Below are positions 50,855 through 63,874 of a stretch of 64,000 nucleotides of DNA, one piece after another. Every line of letters begins with the position of its first letter. The first letter of the stretch is position 1. A program made the position numbers and the translations under genes. The DNA comes from Squalus acanthias (Eukaryota), in contig CM059432.1 in the NCBI GenBank assembly GCA_030390025.1, positions 79,858,001 to 79,922,000 on the forward strand. Reading direction: 5' to 3'. The notes beneath the pieces are model-generated. The model did no database searches. It worked only from the letters and a program-made list of their open reading frames with translations, and was not told where the DNA came from.

Positions 50855-51083
50855 AAATAAAAACAGAAAATACTAGAAATACTCAGCAGGTCAGGTAGCA
50901 TCTGTAGAGAGAGATAAACAGATTTAGCCTTTCAGGTCGATGACCTTTCGGTTCGGACGATAGGTCATCGACCTAAAACGTTAACTCTGTTTCTCTCTCC
51001 ACAGACGCTGCCTGACCTGTTGAGTATTTCCAGCATTTTCTGTTTTTATTTCAGATTTCCAGCAGCTGCGGTATTTTGCTTTT
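50855..51083. mobile_element. Miniature fold-back Penelope (family 2) with 15-bp TSD
   Basis: Inverted arms ~50852-50950 and ~50957-51054, tail on the right only; TSD gtaggccatttactg at 50840-50854 and 51084-51098. Confidence 0.85.
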
Positions 51084-51561
51084 GTAGGCCATTTACTGGT
51101 TGTGAGCCAGCTAATCAGCCAAGGTGGCAGTATGAACACTACAAAAACATTCCCAGATTAGAAAGGGGAAAACAAAACAAAATTTAAGTACTGAAAATAG
51201 GTTTCAAAAGCTTTATTTGAAGTATATTAACCTCATGCATGCAACCTCTGCTCCATCCAACTGATTTTCTCCCACACCACACCCATCCTATATCTGAGGG
51301 AGGACAACTATCTCTCATGCCAATAATAATGTCCACAGATGGCAGCTAAGAGGCACAATAGAATAGCCTGGTGGAAATTATCTTTTTGATTCAGTCTCTT
51401 CCTGTGCGGCAACACCGCTCTATGGTTTCTAGCTGCAGTTCAACCTGTGTCCCAACACTCCATGATACTCTGTGTTGCTGCTCTAATGTAGTGCAGCACC
51501 TAGGATTCATCAGTTTTATACTACTCAGATTGCGCAATTTGGATTAAATCAGGAAATAAAT

Positions 51562-52296
51562 GGCCCGGAATTTGCGTTCGGGATGACGGCGATTATTCCG
51601 CCTTTGAAACTGACCGCAACTTCGGGATTTGGCCCATGCGGAAATCCTGAAGTTGGCAGTCTGTCAATGACAGCTGTACCCCTCTTCCTCCAGAGCTGGC
51701 AATTTGTGTAATCTGCCAAATCAGGGAAACTGACGAAAACTTTGGCTCTTCTGCTGTAAGCACTGTTAAATTCCCCAGTAAAAGTTAGACCCAAAGGGAT
51801 TTGGTGTAACTGCGGTTTTGACAGTGTTATTACTGCTAAACAAATGTTAAGGGCCTGGAAAACTAATTTTAATTTTGTGCAGTGTGAAATTTGTCCATTT
51901 TAATAAAAATTTAAATTTTTAAGCAACTTTTCAAAAAATGTTTTAATTTTTTTTTTAAGTTTGTCCATCTCTATTGTCGGTTTGCCTTTTCCCCATGTGA
52001 AAGCCCCAATCTTTGTTTTGCTCTTTCTAACATTTTTAAAAAGTTAGAATTTTAAGAGTTTACTCACTTCCTTGGTCGCGGTCTGTGAGAATTCTACGTT
52101 TTGATTGGCTGCTTAGACAGCCTGCTGACATCACAGCAGTTCGCATAAGGGGATCCCCACCATAATTCGTTGATTTGAATTGATTGTCAGAAAACCCGAA
52201 GTTCTGAACACACTGATCGCGAGATCCTTGTGCGAAGCGTACTTCAGGGCCAGCAGCGAACGCCTTCACTTCGCTGCTGACCACGAATTCCGGGCC
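51562..52296. mobile_element. Harbinger-like MITE (GGCCC family) with exact 3-bp TSD
   Basis: aat|ggcccggaatt ... aattccgggcc|aat. Confidence 0.82.
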
Positions 52297-52579
52297 AATG
52301 TACGCATTGCAAATTTACTGCAAGGTCAAATGCCAACTGTGTGAGACTTCATGGCCTATTTCTGACAAATCAATGAGCTCAGTTGACCATATTGCAAGCA
52401 GTAGTTATCAAATCCAATGAGCAGCAGTATTCTGCTAAATTCCAACAAAGCAAACTCTTTTTCTTGTATTGGCTCACTTCATATGATATTGCCCTTTATA
52501 AACCTACCTCCATGATTTAAATCAATCGCCATAGTTGGGTTGTACTTCAAACTTATATAAGAAAGAATAAATCTTTTAT

Positions 52580-52940
52580 CCAATGAGTAGCTGAACTATA
52601 CAGACCAAGAAGATACCGGGTTCAATCCCCAGCCTATGCCGAGTGATCTGATCTTAGCTAGTTGGGGGTAGTGGTCGTATAATTGGTCTTAGCAACTCTG
52701 GGTTAGGAACAGGAAAACTGGCTCATGATTTCTATCCAGTGATCATTACTGAAGCGTACTGATGTCAATGTTGGGCGAGAACAAGATCAGGTTTGGTTGA
52801 GAGGCAACCGTGATTGAATAACCTGCCAACACTTACTGTTGACCTCAGGGATGAATATCCGCTAATTGGCTAATGGACACTGGTGCCCATGGAACCATAC
52901 CCAGCCATGGCGTCTATTCATTCAGGAGAAGAGGGAAAGG
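52580..52940 (+). mobile_element. tRNA-type SINE (second family), decayed
   Basis: B box GGTTCAATCCC at ~52619-52629; related fragments at 40480-40800 and ~50610-50665. Confidence 0.55.
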
Positions 52941-53196
52941 GAGTAAACCAGTGAGAAAAAATAAAATCTGTAAAATCAAACATTTAATGTTTTAACCATT
53001 CAAAGACTGCACCAGCATATTTTCTTTTACTAACACATTACTGGAACTTTATAATGTACTAGGACCTTCAAGCAGTGATACAAAGTAGTTTAGAAAATAT
53101 ATTATTGAATTTTAAAGGATTAATATAAATCCCATTACACAGGATGTATTGTTAGGAAAGTTAAAAGTTTTTTTTCCCCATTAAAGAGGTTTCTTA

Positions 53197-53352
<156 letters not shown>

Positions 53353-54049
53353 TTATCAATAGAATGATTGAAAAAAATTATGAAACTTTTTAACAATTTA
53401 TGTATGGTTGCATTCATACCACAGCTATAGCACAGGTGCAAAGCATTTTTACTGTCACCAGAGCAAAGCACAGCAACCCTCCTCCAGGAAGTTTCATTTT
53501 GCTTCACTCCAGAGTTAGGTCAGGTATTGACTCTGGATTTACACTACTGCTTCAGCATTGGTGCAAGTGATAACATTCTGGAGTGACAGTGCAGTTGTAG
53601 TGTAAATTCAGGCTTCAACGTAAGCATTTCTTTTTCAGACCACACGCCACCATATACCTTCCCTCCAGCCAAGATGGTACAAAGGTTTAGCCCCAAACTT
53701 TTTCTTAAACTGTGTTAATGTCGATCTTTGATCAGCCAGAATGAAGTGAAATTTGAGTAACAGAAGATCAGCTTCTTCACGCCATCACTAGGAAGAACAA
53801 CTGCTTTGGTGTTGATTTTAAGTGACAGACAGTTCTCCAAACCTATTTTTGGTTGACTTTTTAAGTCTGCAGTTGTACAGCCACTTTAGTTTCAATTCAA
53901 AGCAGTTATAAGAACATAAGAAATAGGAGCAGGAGTAGGCCAATCGGCCCCTCGAGCCTGCTCCGCCATTCAATAAGATCATGGCTGATCTGATCCTAAC
54001 CGCCAATCTACTATCTATCACAGAACCATCTCCTGCATCTAACAGAATT

Positions 54050-54990
54050 GCACACACGAAATAGGAGCAGAATCAGGCTACACAGTCCCTGGGCCCGCTC
54101 CACTACCCACAGGGCCATGACCGATCCGAACCTAGACTCATGTCCAAATTCCTGCCCGCTCCCCGTAACCCTTAATGCCCTTTACTTCTAGGAAACTGTC
54201 TATTTCTGTTTTAAATTTAATTAATGTTGTAGCTTCTACAGCTTTTTGTGGCAGCATATTCCATGGACCTACCACCCTCTGAGTGAAGTAGTTCCTCCTC
54301 ATCTCAGTTTTGAAAGAGCAGCCCCTTATTCTAAGACTATGTCCCCTAGTTCTCGTCTCACCCGTCATCGGGAACATCCTCCCCGCATCCACCCGATCCA
54401 ACCCCTTCACAATCTTATATGTTTCAATAAGATCGCCTCTCATTCTTCTGAACTCCAATGAGTAGAGTCCCAATCTACCCAACCTCTCCTCATATGACCA
54501 CCCCCTCATCCCCGGGATTAACCGAGTGAACCTTTTTTGCACTGCCTCGAGAGCAAGGATGTCTTTCCTTAAGTAAGGACACCAAAACTGTATGCAGTAT
54601 TCCAGGTGCGGTCTCACCAATACCTTGTACAACTGAAGCAATACCTCCCTATTTTTATATTCTATCCCCCTAGCAATGAAAGCCAACATTCCATTTGCCT
54701 TCTTAATCACTTGCTGCACCTGCATACTAACCTTTTGAGTTTCGTGCACCAGGACCCCCAGATCCCTTTGCACTTCAGTACTCTCCAGTTTCTTGCCATT
54801 AAGATAATAAATTGCTCTAGGATTTTTCCTGCCAAAGTGCATCACCTCACACTTTCCAGTGTTGTATTCCATCTGCCAAATCTCTGCCCACTTACTTAGC
54901 CTGTCTATGTCCCCTTGCAGGTTTTTTATGTCCTCCTCACTCACTACTTTCCCTCCCATCTTTGTATCATCTGCAAATTTTGATATGTTA
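54050..54990 (-). mobile_element. Young CR1 3' fragment with uninterrupted RT C-terminal frame; a separate CR1 3'UTR piece lies at 53908-54000
   Basis: ORF 54138-55001: ISKFADDTK...RPHLEYC...KGYGERAGIWT*. Confidence 0.9.
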
Positions 54991-55660
54991 TGGGTCTGCA
55001 TCTATATAAAAGTGCATTATAACTTGAAAGTCAGATCGATCTGACTCCTGTGCACATGAAAGCTGAGTTGCACGAGATCCTCTCCAGAAGACCAGCTCTC
55101 ACTGCTTGGACTTTACACTGTGTAGCTTAAAACTTAAGTCTGATGGGAAGTCAGGTTTAAAAAGTGCTTAGGTAGCTCAATACATCCTTTAATGTTATGA
55201 AAATACAGATGATGTTACCCAACTTCCCCAACACACAAAAAATGCTGCTGGTGAAATGGAGACTCTGTGCAAGCACATACAAAGAGTTTTCTCCTGGAAG
55301 GTAAAGTGTGAGGCACAGCTTGTGGTACAACTCTGGAACTTGCTTGCATACTTTACAGCTACTAGTCTCAGACCATTAGGGTAGTGTAACTGCAGCCTAA
55401 GGTATCAGGTCATTTATAAGAAGTACAGATGTTCAGACGTACTTTAGTTATTATTCCAAATTGAAAGAGGCAAGTTTCCCCATGTATAACTACAATAATC
55501 TATTATACTAGGGGTCATGCACAATTCTTATAATAGAAACTCAGAAAATCTTACTGCTACATGTATCCTTTATTAAAAAAGATAATTACTTTTTTACAAG
55601 AAAGATAGCAAAAGCTGTACTACTTGCACGCTTGTGTATACTTTTCTCTGTTATTCTTAC

Positions 55661-55796
55661 CTTGCTGCACACACCAGTATAACTGTGCAAATATATCATC
55701 CAGAAGGACATCATTGAGTACTTCAAAGTACTGAGTGAATACATCACAGATAGCATAAAGTGCATGGTTACAAGTGGTGGTCATCCACTCAGCTTT
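55661..55796 (-). CDS. ARFGEF1: ARFGEF1 coding exon
   Basis: tcag|AAAGCT...CAGCAAG|gtaag; 136 nt; [45 protein letters not shown]; phases fit both neighbours. Confidence 0.96.
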
Positions 55797-56296
55797 CTGA
55801 AAAATAAAAAATGTTCTTGTGTTATTATCCCAAACTCTTACTAGGTCCCCCTAAACCTATTGTAAATTACTACTTACGTTGTATAGTACCTGCCCATTAT
55901 GATTGCCTCCATAAATCATGTAATTGTAAATTTGAACATTAGTTTTAACCTATATCAAGTGAGTCCAATGGTTGATATTTTCCAACTTTTGGATTAACAG
56001 ATGATGTAGTGGGAATCCGATATAAATTTTAAATAAGCAGATTACCTTGCAGAAGGGGTATTAGTAGTCTTGGGCTATCTAATGTAGTATGGCAGAAGAT
56101 ACAGATTTTAGATTGTAAGGGACACAGAATAGGTCGTGAAGAAAGACTTCCAAATTGAGAAAGTGTTAAGAGTGAGACTTAAGCTATACCAGATATAAGC
56201 AAATGTCTAAATGCATCACTTGCATGCAAGAGTTAAGTCTCTATGGACAGAAGTAAAGTTGGGAGAGACCAGACCTTGGGAGAAGGAAGAAATACT

Positions 56297-57354
56297 ACTG
56301 CAACGAATTTGCGGTCAGCGGCGAAGCAAAGACATTCTCCGCTGGCCCTGAAGAAAGCGATCTCTATAGCGAGATGTTCGGCTTTTCCGCCGTTCAATTG
56401 AGATCAGTGCAGTTTAGTGGGAAGTCCATAACGCGAGCTGGTGTGATGTCAACAAGCTGTCTAAGCAGCCAATCACAATGCAGAATTCTCAGACAGGAAA
56501 CCAGGAAGTGAAGGAGTTCCTTTTATTCTAACCTTTTAAAAATGTTAAAGAGCAAAACAAAGATTGGGGCTCTCACATGGGGAAAAAAGTAAACCTGAAA
56601 TAAAGATGAACAAATTAAAAAAAATTAAAAGTAGTTTTTCAGAGACATAACGTTTGTTTAGCAGTCAATACGCTGTTAAAACCCTAGTTGCACCTAATCC
56701 AACAAGGTCTAACATTTTTAATGGAGTATTTAACAGTGATAGTACAGGAAACTCTTTATTAACCGGCACCCAAATATCCGGAAATCTCTCTTAACCGGCA
56801 AAATTCTTGAGTAGGTAACCGGGGTTTTCCTTCATCTCTCGTTTAAGCTTAACTTTAAAAAAAAAAACCCAGGCGTTTGCCTTGTATCGGAGCGTGTAGA
56901 TTGGGAGGGGAATGTGCAGCCCGGGTAGGCAGCGGACACGACAGATGGTCAGCTGGCAGTCCCCGGGGAGACGGAGCTCCGAATGCAGGCGCATGTCAAT
57001 GTGTACGGGGCTCTCGTACGTTGGTAGATATAACTCTCCGTTATCCGGACTTTTTGATAAACCGGCACCACGCCGGTCCCAGTCGGTGCCGGTTAATAAA
57101 GAGTTTCCTGTACCATGGAAAAGCCGAAGTTTTCATCAGTTTGACTGATTCCCCTGATTACACTGATTGCCGGCTATGGGGGTGGGGGTCCCACAGCGCA
57201 GCCAGTGTCGGAGCAGTGAATGACTGACCGCAACTTCGGGATTTCTGCGTTAGGATGCGCATGCGATAAATCCTGAAGTTGTGGTCAGTTTCAAAGGTGA
57301 AATGATAGCGAACGCTGTTAGTTCGCTGTTATTATCCACTGCAAATTACGGGCC
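56297..57354. mobile_element. Harbinger-like MITE (GGCCC family), inverted relative to 51562-52296; host of 56745-57110
   Basis: gaatttgcggtcagc ... gcaaattacgggcc; internal segments are reverse complements of the 51562 copy. Confidence 0.7.
56745..57110. mobile_element. Tc1/mariner-superfamily (pogo/Tigger-like) MITE
   Basis: Perfect 26-bp TIR caggaaactctttattaaccggcacc; TA duplication at 56743-56744 and 57111-57112. Confidence 0.88.
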
Positions 57355-58846
57355 ATTGTTCTGATGTTCGAGGTGAACAGAAGCATCCCAGAGGACTCAG
57401 AAGAACGAGGTTGTATAAGATCAAAGAATCATTGTTAATACTGCAAGTTTATCACCAATAAACAGAACTAAATAAGTTTAAACACAACCTGTAGACTTGT
57501 TATTTCAAGGTGTTAACTTGCCAGCTATACAAGGAATCTAACAATAAACTAACCCAGCCAACTTTGCTGATCAACTTGTAATAAGTAGAGCCCAGCTGGT
57601 GCTGAGTTACTGTAAGACACTTGAACTGCCATTTGTTAAAAACATCTGCTTAAGTACCTTGCACACTTCTAATATTTAGTATTAAAATACTGTTACTTGG
57701 TTATGAATGTTTAAAAAAATGTCAGTGCATGATTTCATGGTCTGCCGACTTCTTTTATGATTTGGCAAGAAAATATTAAATAATTCAGCTACCATAAGTA
57801 GCTACTATATGTCCTAATAGGGTGGTTGGTTTGCACAAATGTTAATGCAAAAGGGTTCAGGCAAGCTAAATTTTTGGCATCTAATAATCCCTAGACATGG
57901 AAGGTAAATATGCAGACGGTTCTTTGATTAGAAGGTGAAGGGGTTCATCTGGTGCCTTTTTAACCAAGATAACTTTGAAGGTATATGGATTTAAACAGTT
58001 TGGAATGGAGAAATCACAGTGAACAAATATACAGACCTTTAAAGATAAGAGAGAAGGTAGAAAAGCTCAAATATGCAAATGAGATTCTAGATTAAAGCAA
58101 GTAAGAGATTTTGTATTTGTACAAGACATTGGTTAGGCCACAGTATTGCATGCAGTTCTAAGCACTCCATTACAGGAAAGATATTACAGCTATGGAAACA
58201 GTACAGCAAAGTTTCACTTGAATGAAACCAGGATTGAGAAACTATTGTTCACAAGCAATGGGAAGGTTAAGGAATAACTAATAGGGGTTTTCAGAATTCT
58301 GAAAGGCTTTAGGAGGGTTAATAATAAAGGATTATTTCTTCTTCCTGGCTGAATGGTAACAAAGGCGACATCTGCCCCGAGAGGCCAGTGTCGGGAGTGG
58401 AGAGCGCAGCAGCACAGTAACTGTTTAAACTCACTTTCGCGGGCTTTTTTCCCCCCCCAGAGGCCAGTGTCGGGAGCAGAGAGAGCAGCAGCACAGTGAG
58501 TAGTTAAACTCACTTTCGCGGGCTTTTTTTCAAGAGGCTTACCAATCTCACAGACCGGCGGCGGCGTTCCAGAGCCACGTCACAATTCAAAAAGTGACGC
58601 GGACAAGAGGAAGCAGCTGATTGGGTGAGTACGGCCAGGTGAGTATTTATACTACTCTGTAGTTTGACAGTTAAGGTTAATAGTTTCTAAAGTTTAGTAG
58701 GTCCTAATTTTTGTGGTTATACTTTCTAAGGTCTCTGTTGTGTAGCAGGGAGTGCTAGTATACAAGGGCCCTTGAGTATATCATTTAATTGTAGTCTAAT
58801 TTGTGGTACTGATTTGAGTTAATTTAAATTAATTAAAGGATAAGTC

Positions 58847-59798
58847 ATGGCAGCACAGCTCAGCCCCGTGGCATGCTCCTCCTGCACTATGTGGGAAATC
58901 AGGGACACTTCCTGTGTCCCTGTTAACCATGTGTGCGGGAAGTATATCCAGCTGCAGCTACTGGCAGACCGCATTGCGGTACTGGAGCTGCGAATGGATG
59001 CATACTGGAGCATTCGCGATGCTGAGGACATCGTGGATAGCACGTTTAGGGAGTTGGTCACACCGCAGGTAAAGGCTGCACAGGCAGGAAGGGAATGGGT
59101 GACCACCAGGCAGAGTAGTAGGCGCAGGCAGGTAGTGCAGGGGTCCCCTGTGGACATCCCCCTCTCAAACAGATATACCACTTTGGATATTGTTGAGGGA
59201 GATGGCTTATCGGGGGAAGGCAGCAGCAACCAACTTCCTGGCACCATGGGTGGTTCTGCTGCACAGGACGGGAGGAAAAAGAGCGGGAGAGCTATAGTGA
59301 TAGGGGATTCTATTTTAAGGGGAATAGATAGGCGTTTCTGCGGCCGCAAACGAGACTCCAGGATGGTATGTTGCCTCCCTGGTGCAAGGGTCAAGGATGT
59401 CTCGGAGCGGCTGCAGCACATTCTGGAGGGGGAGGGTGAACAGCCAGTTGTCGTGGTGCATATAGGTACCAACGATATAGGTAAAAAACGGGATGAGGTC
59501 CTAAAAGCTGAATATAGGGAGTTAGGAGGTAAATTAAAAAATAGGACCTCAAAAGGTAGTAATCTCAGGATTGCTACCGGTGCCACGTGCTAGTCAGAGT
59601 AGAAATAGAAGGATATTTCAGATGAATACGTGGCTAGCGGAATGGTGCAAGGGGGAGGGATTCAAATTCCTGGGACATTGGAACCGGTTCTGGGGGAGGT
59701 GGAACCAGTACAAACTGGACGGTTTGCACCTGGGCAGGACCGGGACCAATGTCCATGGGGGAGTGTTTGCTAGTGCTGTTGGGGAGGGTTTAAACTAA
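58847..59798 (+). pseudogene. CR1 ORF1 (Cys-rich N-terminus plus SGNH/GDSL esterase-like domain), one frameshift near 59550
   Basis: CSSCTMWE; IVIGDSILRG, CLPGA, VHIGTND; DGLHL in the second frame. Confidence 0.88.
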
Positions 59799-59981
59799 AA
59801 TGGCAGGGGGTTGGGAACCTGTGCAGGGAAACAGAGGAAAGGGAAGCAAGGATAGAAGCAAAAGACAGGAAGGAGAAAAGCAAAAGTGGAAGGCAGAGAA
59901 ATCAAGGGTGTAAATCAAACAGGGCTACAGTAAATAATAATTCTAAAAGGACTAAGTGTTAAAAAAACAAGACTGAAGGCT

Positions 59982-62756
59982 TTGTGTCTTAATGCGAGGA
60001 GCATTCGTAATAAGGTGGATGAATTAGCTGCGCAAATAGATGTAAACGGATGTGATATAATTGGGATTACGGAGACATGGCTCCAGGGTGACCAAGGCTG
60101 GGAATTCAACATCCAGGGGTATTCAATATTCAGGAAGGACAGACAAAAAGGAAAAGGAGGTGGGGTAGCATTGCTGGTTAAAGAGGAGATTAACACAATA
60201 GTAAGGAAGGATATTAGCTCTGATGATGTGGAATCTGTATGGGTAGAGCTGAGAAATACCAAGGGGCAGAAAACGTTAGTGGGAGTTGTATATAGACCCC
60301 CAAACAGTAATGCTGAGGTTGGGGATGGCATTAAACAGGAAATTAGAGACGCGTGCAATAAGGGCACTGCAGTTATCATGGGTGACTTTAATCTACATAT
60401 AGATTGGGCTAACCAAATTAGTAACAATACTGTGGAGGAGGAATTCCTAGAGTGTATACGGGATGGTTTCCTGGACCAATATGTCGAGGAACCAACTAGA
60501 GATCAGGCCATCTTAGACTGGGTATTATGTAATGAGAAAGGATTAATTAGCAATCTTGTTGTGCGAGGCCCCTTGGGGAGGAGCGATCATAATATGATAG
60601 AATTCTTCATTACGATGGAGAGTGAAGTAGTTGACTCAGAGATTAGAGTCCTGAATTTAAATAAAAGGAAACTACGATGGTATGAGGCGTGAGTTGGCTA
60701 GGGTGAATTGGGGAGCGTTACTTAAAGGGTTGACGGTGGATAGGCAATGGCAAACATTTAAAGATCGCATGGATGAACTACAGAATTTGTTCATCCCTGT
60801 TTGGCATAAAAAAAACCAAAAAAGGTGACTCAACCATGGCTAACAAGGGAAATTAGGGATAGCATAAGATCCAAGGAGAGGACATATCAATTGGCCAGAA
60901 AAAGCAGCAAACCTGAGGATTGGGAGCAGTTTAGGATTCAGCAAAGGAGGACAAAGGGATTAATTAAGAGGGGGAAAATAGAATATGAGAGCAAGCTTGC
61001 AGGGAACATAAAAACTGACTGTAAAAGCTTCTATAGATATGTGAAGAGAAAAAGATTGGTGAAGTCAAGCGTAGGTCCCTTGCAGTCAGAATCAGGGGAA
61101 TTTATAATGGGGAACAAAGAAATGGCAGACCAATTAAATACATACTTTGGTTCTGTCTTCACAAAGGAGGACACAAAAAACCTCCCAGAGATGTCGGGGA
61201 ACAGAGGGTCTAATGAGAGGGAGGAACTGAATGAAATCAGTATTTGTAGGGAAATGGTGTTAGGGAAATTGATGGGATTGAAGGCCGATAAATCCCCAGG
61301 GCCTGATAATCTACATCCTAGGGTACTTAAGGAAGTGGCCCTAGAAATAGTAGATGCATTGCTGGTAATCTTTCAAAATTCTATAGACTCTGGAACAGTT
61401 CCCATGGATTGGAGGGTAGCTAATGTAACCCCACTATTTAAAAAAGGAGGTAGAGAAAAAAGCCTGACATTGGTAGTGGGCAAAATGCTACAGTCCATTA
61501 TAAAAGATGTAATAGCGGAGCACTTGGAAAACAGTGACAGGATCGGACAAAGTCAACATGGATTTACAAAAGGGAAATCATGCCTGACTAATCTACTGGA
61601 ATTTTTTGAGGATGCAACTGGTAGAATAGATAAGGGAGAAACAGTGGATGTGGTGTATTTGGACTTTCAGAAGGCTTTCGATAAGGTCCCGCATAAGAGA
61701 TTAGCGGGCAAAGTTAAAGCACATGGGACTGGGGGTGAGGTATTGATTTGGATAGAGAACTGGTTGGCAGACAGGAAGCAAAGAGTTGGAATAAACGGGT
61801 CTTTTTCCGAGTGGCAGGCAGTGACTACTTGCGTACCACAGGGATCAGCGCTAGGACCCCAGCTATTCACAATATATATTAATGATCTAGACGCGGGAAC
61901 TAGATGTAATATCTCTAAGTTTGCAGACGACATAAAGCTGGGTGGGCGTGTGTGCTGTGAAGAGGATGCAGAGAAAATCCAGTATGATTTGGACAGTTTG
62001 GGTGATTGGGCTGATGCATGGCAGATGCAGTATAATGTGGATAAATGCGAGGTTATCCACTTTGGTGGCAAAAGCAGGAAGACAGATTATCTGAACGGCA
62101 ATAGATTGGGAAAAGGGGAAGTGCAACGAGATCTGGGAGTCCTTGTGCACCAGTCGCTGAAGGTAAGCATGCAGGTGCAGCAGGCGGTTAAGAAGGCAAA
62201 TGGTATGTTGGCCTTCATAGCGAGAGGATTCGAGTACAGGAGCAAGGATGTCTTGCTGCAGTTGTACAAGGCCTTCGTGAGACCACACCTTGAGTATTGT
62301 GTGCAGTTTTGGTCACCTTATCTGAGGAAGGATGTTCTTGCCATGGAGGGAGTGCAGCGAAGATTTACTAGACTGATACCTGGGATGGCAGGAATGACGT
62401 ATGAAGAGAGATTGGGTCGATTAGGCTTATATTCGTTAGAGTTTCGAAGAATGAGAGGGGATCTCATTGAAACTTATAAAATTCTAACAGGACTAGACAG
62501 ACTAGATGCAGGAAGGATGTTCCCAATGGCGGGCGAGTCCAGAACCAGAGGTCACAGTCTAAGGATAAGGGGTAAGCCATTTAGGACTGAGATGAGGAGG
62601 AATTTCTTCACCCAGAGAGTGGTGAACCTGTGGAATTCTCTACCACAGAAGGCAGTTGAGGCCAATTCATTAAATATATTCAAGAAGGAGTTAGATATAT
62701 TTCTTAAGGCTAAAGGGATTAAGGGATATGGGGAGAAAGCAGGGACAGGGTACTGA
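59982..62756 (+). pseudogene. CR1 ORF2 (APE endonuclease plus RT), disrupted
   Basis: CLNARS, ITETWL, GDFN, SDH; frameshifts between 60660 and 60825; the NYRPV motif is missing near 61460; DFQKAFD, YINDL, KFADD. Confidence 0.92.
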
Positions 62757-62849
62757 ATTTGGATGATCAGCCATGATCTCATTAAATGGCAGAGCAGGCT
62801 CAAGAGGTCGAATGGCCTACTCCTGCTCCTATCTTCTATGCTTCTATAT

Positions 62850-63412
62850 TGACAGGGCCAGAAGGGGGCGGGGGGAGGAGGAGTTTTGGACAGGAAACCA
62901 AGAGTTTCAACTCCACAGCGTGTGTATTTTTTTTTTGACAGGATTCCTCGCCTGGAAGTCAGGCCGATCGACAGGCTTGGCTTCCAGTCGGGTGAGGAGC
63001 ATTCTGAAGCAGGCCGCAGCTGCAGGCAAGGAGCCTGCAGGCTCCGATCCCTGATCGGCGGGGAGGGGTGGGGGAGGAGACTGATCCCAGGGAAGCAGGT
63101 AAGCTTGGGGGCGGGGCGGGAAAAGCACTCCTGCTCCTCTTGGCCCACAAACAGTGCTGTAAGGGCACTAACCTATTCCCTGAGGCCTGGGAAACCCAGC
63201 CAGCCAGGGTTAAACCTGTAAGACAGGTTAAATGTGAGACTCCCAGCCTCATAATATTTAAATAGGCCAACTTGCCTCCTGGGAGCAGGTTGGCTGCCCA
63301 CCCCCTGGCCCGCCTCCGTTAAACTTGGAAGTGGGCAGGTTGGAGTCGGGTTTGAGATTTTTACATCTCACCTGACCCCAACTCACCCGTTTTTGGGGGT
63401 TAAAATTACCCC
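62850..63412. mobile_element. Probable Harbinger-like MITE remnant
   Basis: GC-rich, ends aaaattacccc like the 17408 and 42872 termini; no clear left TIR. Confidence 0.45.
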
Positions 63413-63744
63413 TATAGACCCAGAAGTATTACTAAAAGAATGAAAGGTAAATTAGAAGATCTTTTTCAAACAGTTATTAGAACATGGAATTCTTTACCAT
63501 AAGTGGCTACTGAGGTAGAGACTACAACATCATTTAAAATGATCTGAATAAGTATTTGAAAAAGAATATAAAAGCATATAGGAAACGAGCCAGGGTATAG
63601 CATTAGAGTAGATAGCTCCAATTGATGAGCTAGCATCAACGTAGATGAGATGCGTTGAATAGCTTCTTTCTGTACTGTAAGCTCTAATGATTCATGCTTA
63701 CGAATAAAGAGGATTACACTTAAAGAGTAACTGCATCTACTTAC

Positions 63745-63874
63745 CTCAGTCTGTTGTTCTGGAAGTTTCATATTGTCAAAGATTCTGAAAACAATCCTAA
63801 ACAGATCTTGCCACCAATGCTTCTCAAAAGTATGACCATAAGTTTTCATTATTTCAAACATCACAGTTAATCCC
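63745..63874 (-). CDS. ARFGEF1: ARFGEF1/BIG1 internal coding exon (first in window)
   Basis: acacag|GGGATTA...ACTGAG|gtaagt; 130 nt; encodes (R)[43 protein letters not shown], matching the recalled BIG1/BIG2 C-terminal region. Confidence 0.96.

Larger units (their letters stand above)
58375..62847 (+). mobile_element. Near full-length CR1 LINE (~4.5 kb), antisense to ARFGEF1
   Basis: GC-rich 5'UTR, ORF1, ORF2, 3'UTR and tail cttctatgcttctat. Confidence 0.95.

Noticed and set aside
58819..63270. Long minus-strand ORFs (255, 170, 198 aa and others)
   Set aside because: Antisense shadows of CR1 ORF1/ORF2 and of the GC-rich MITE.
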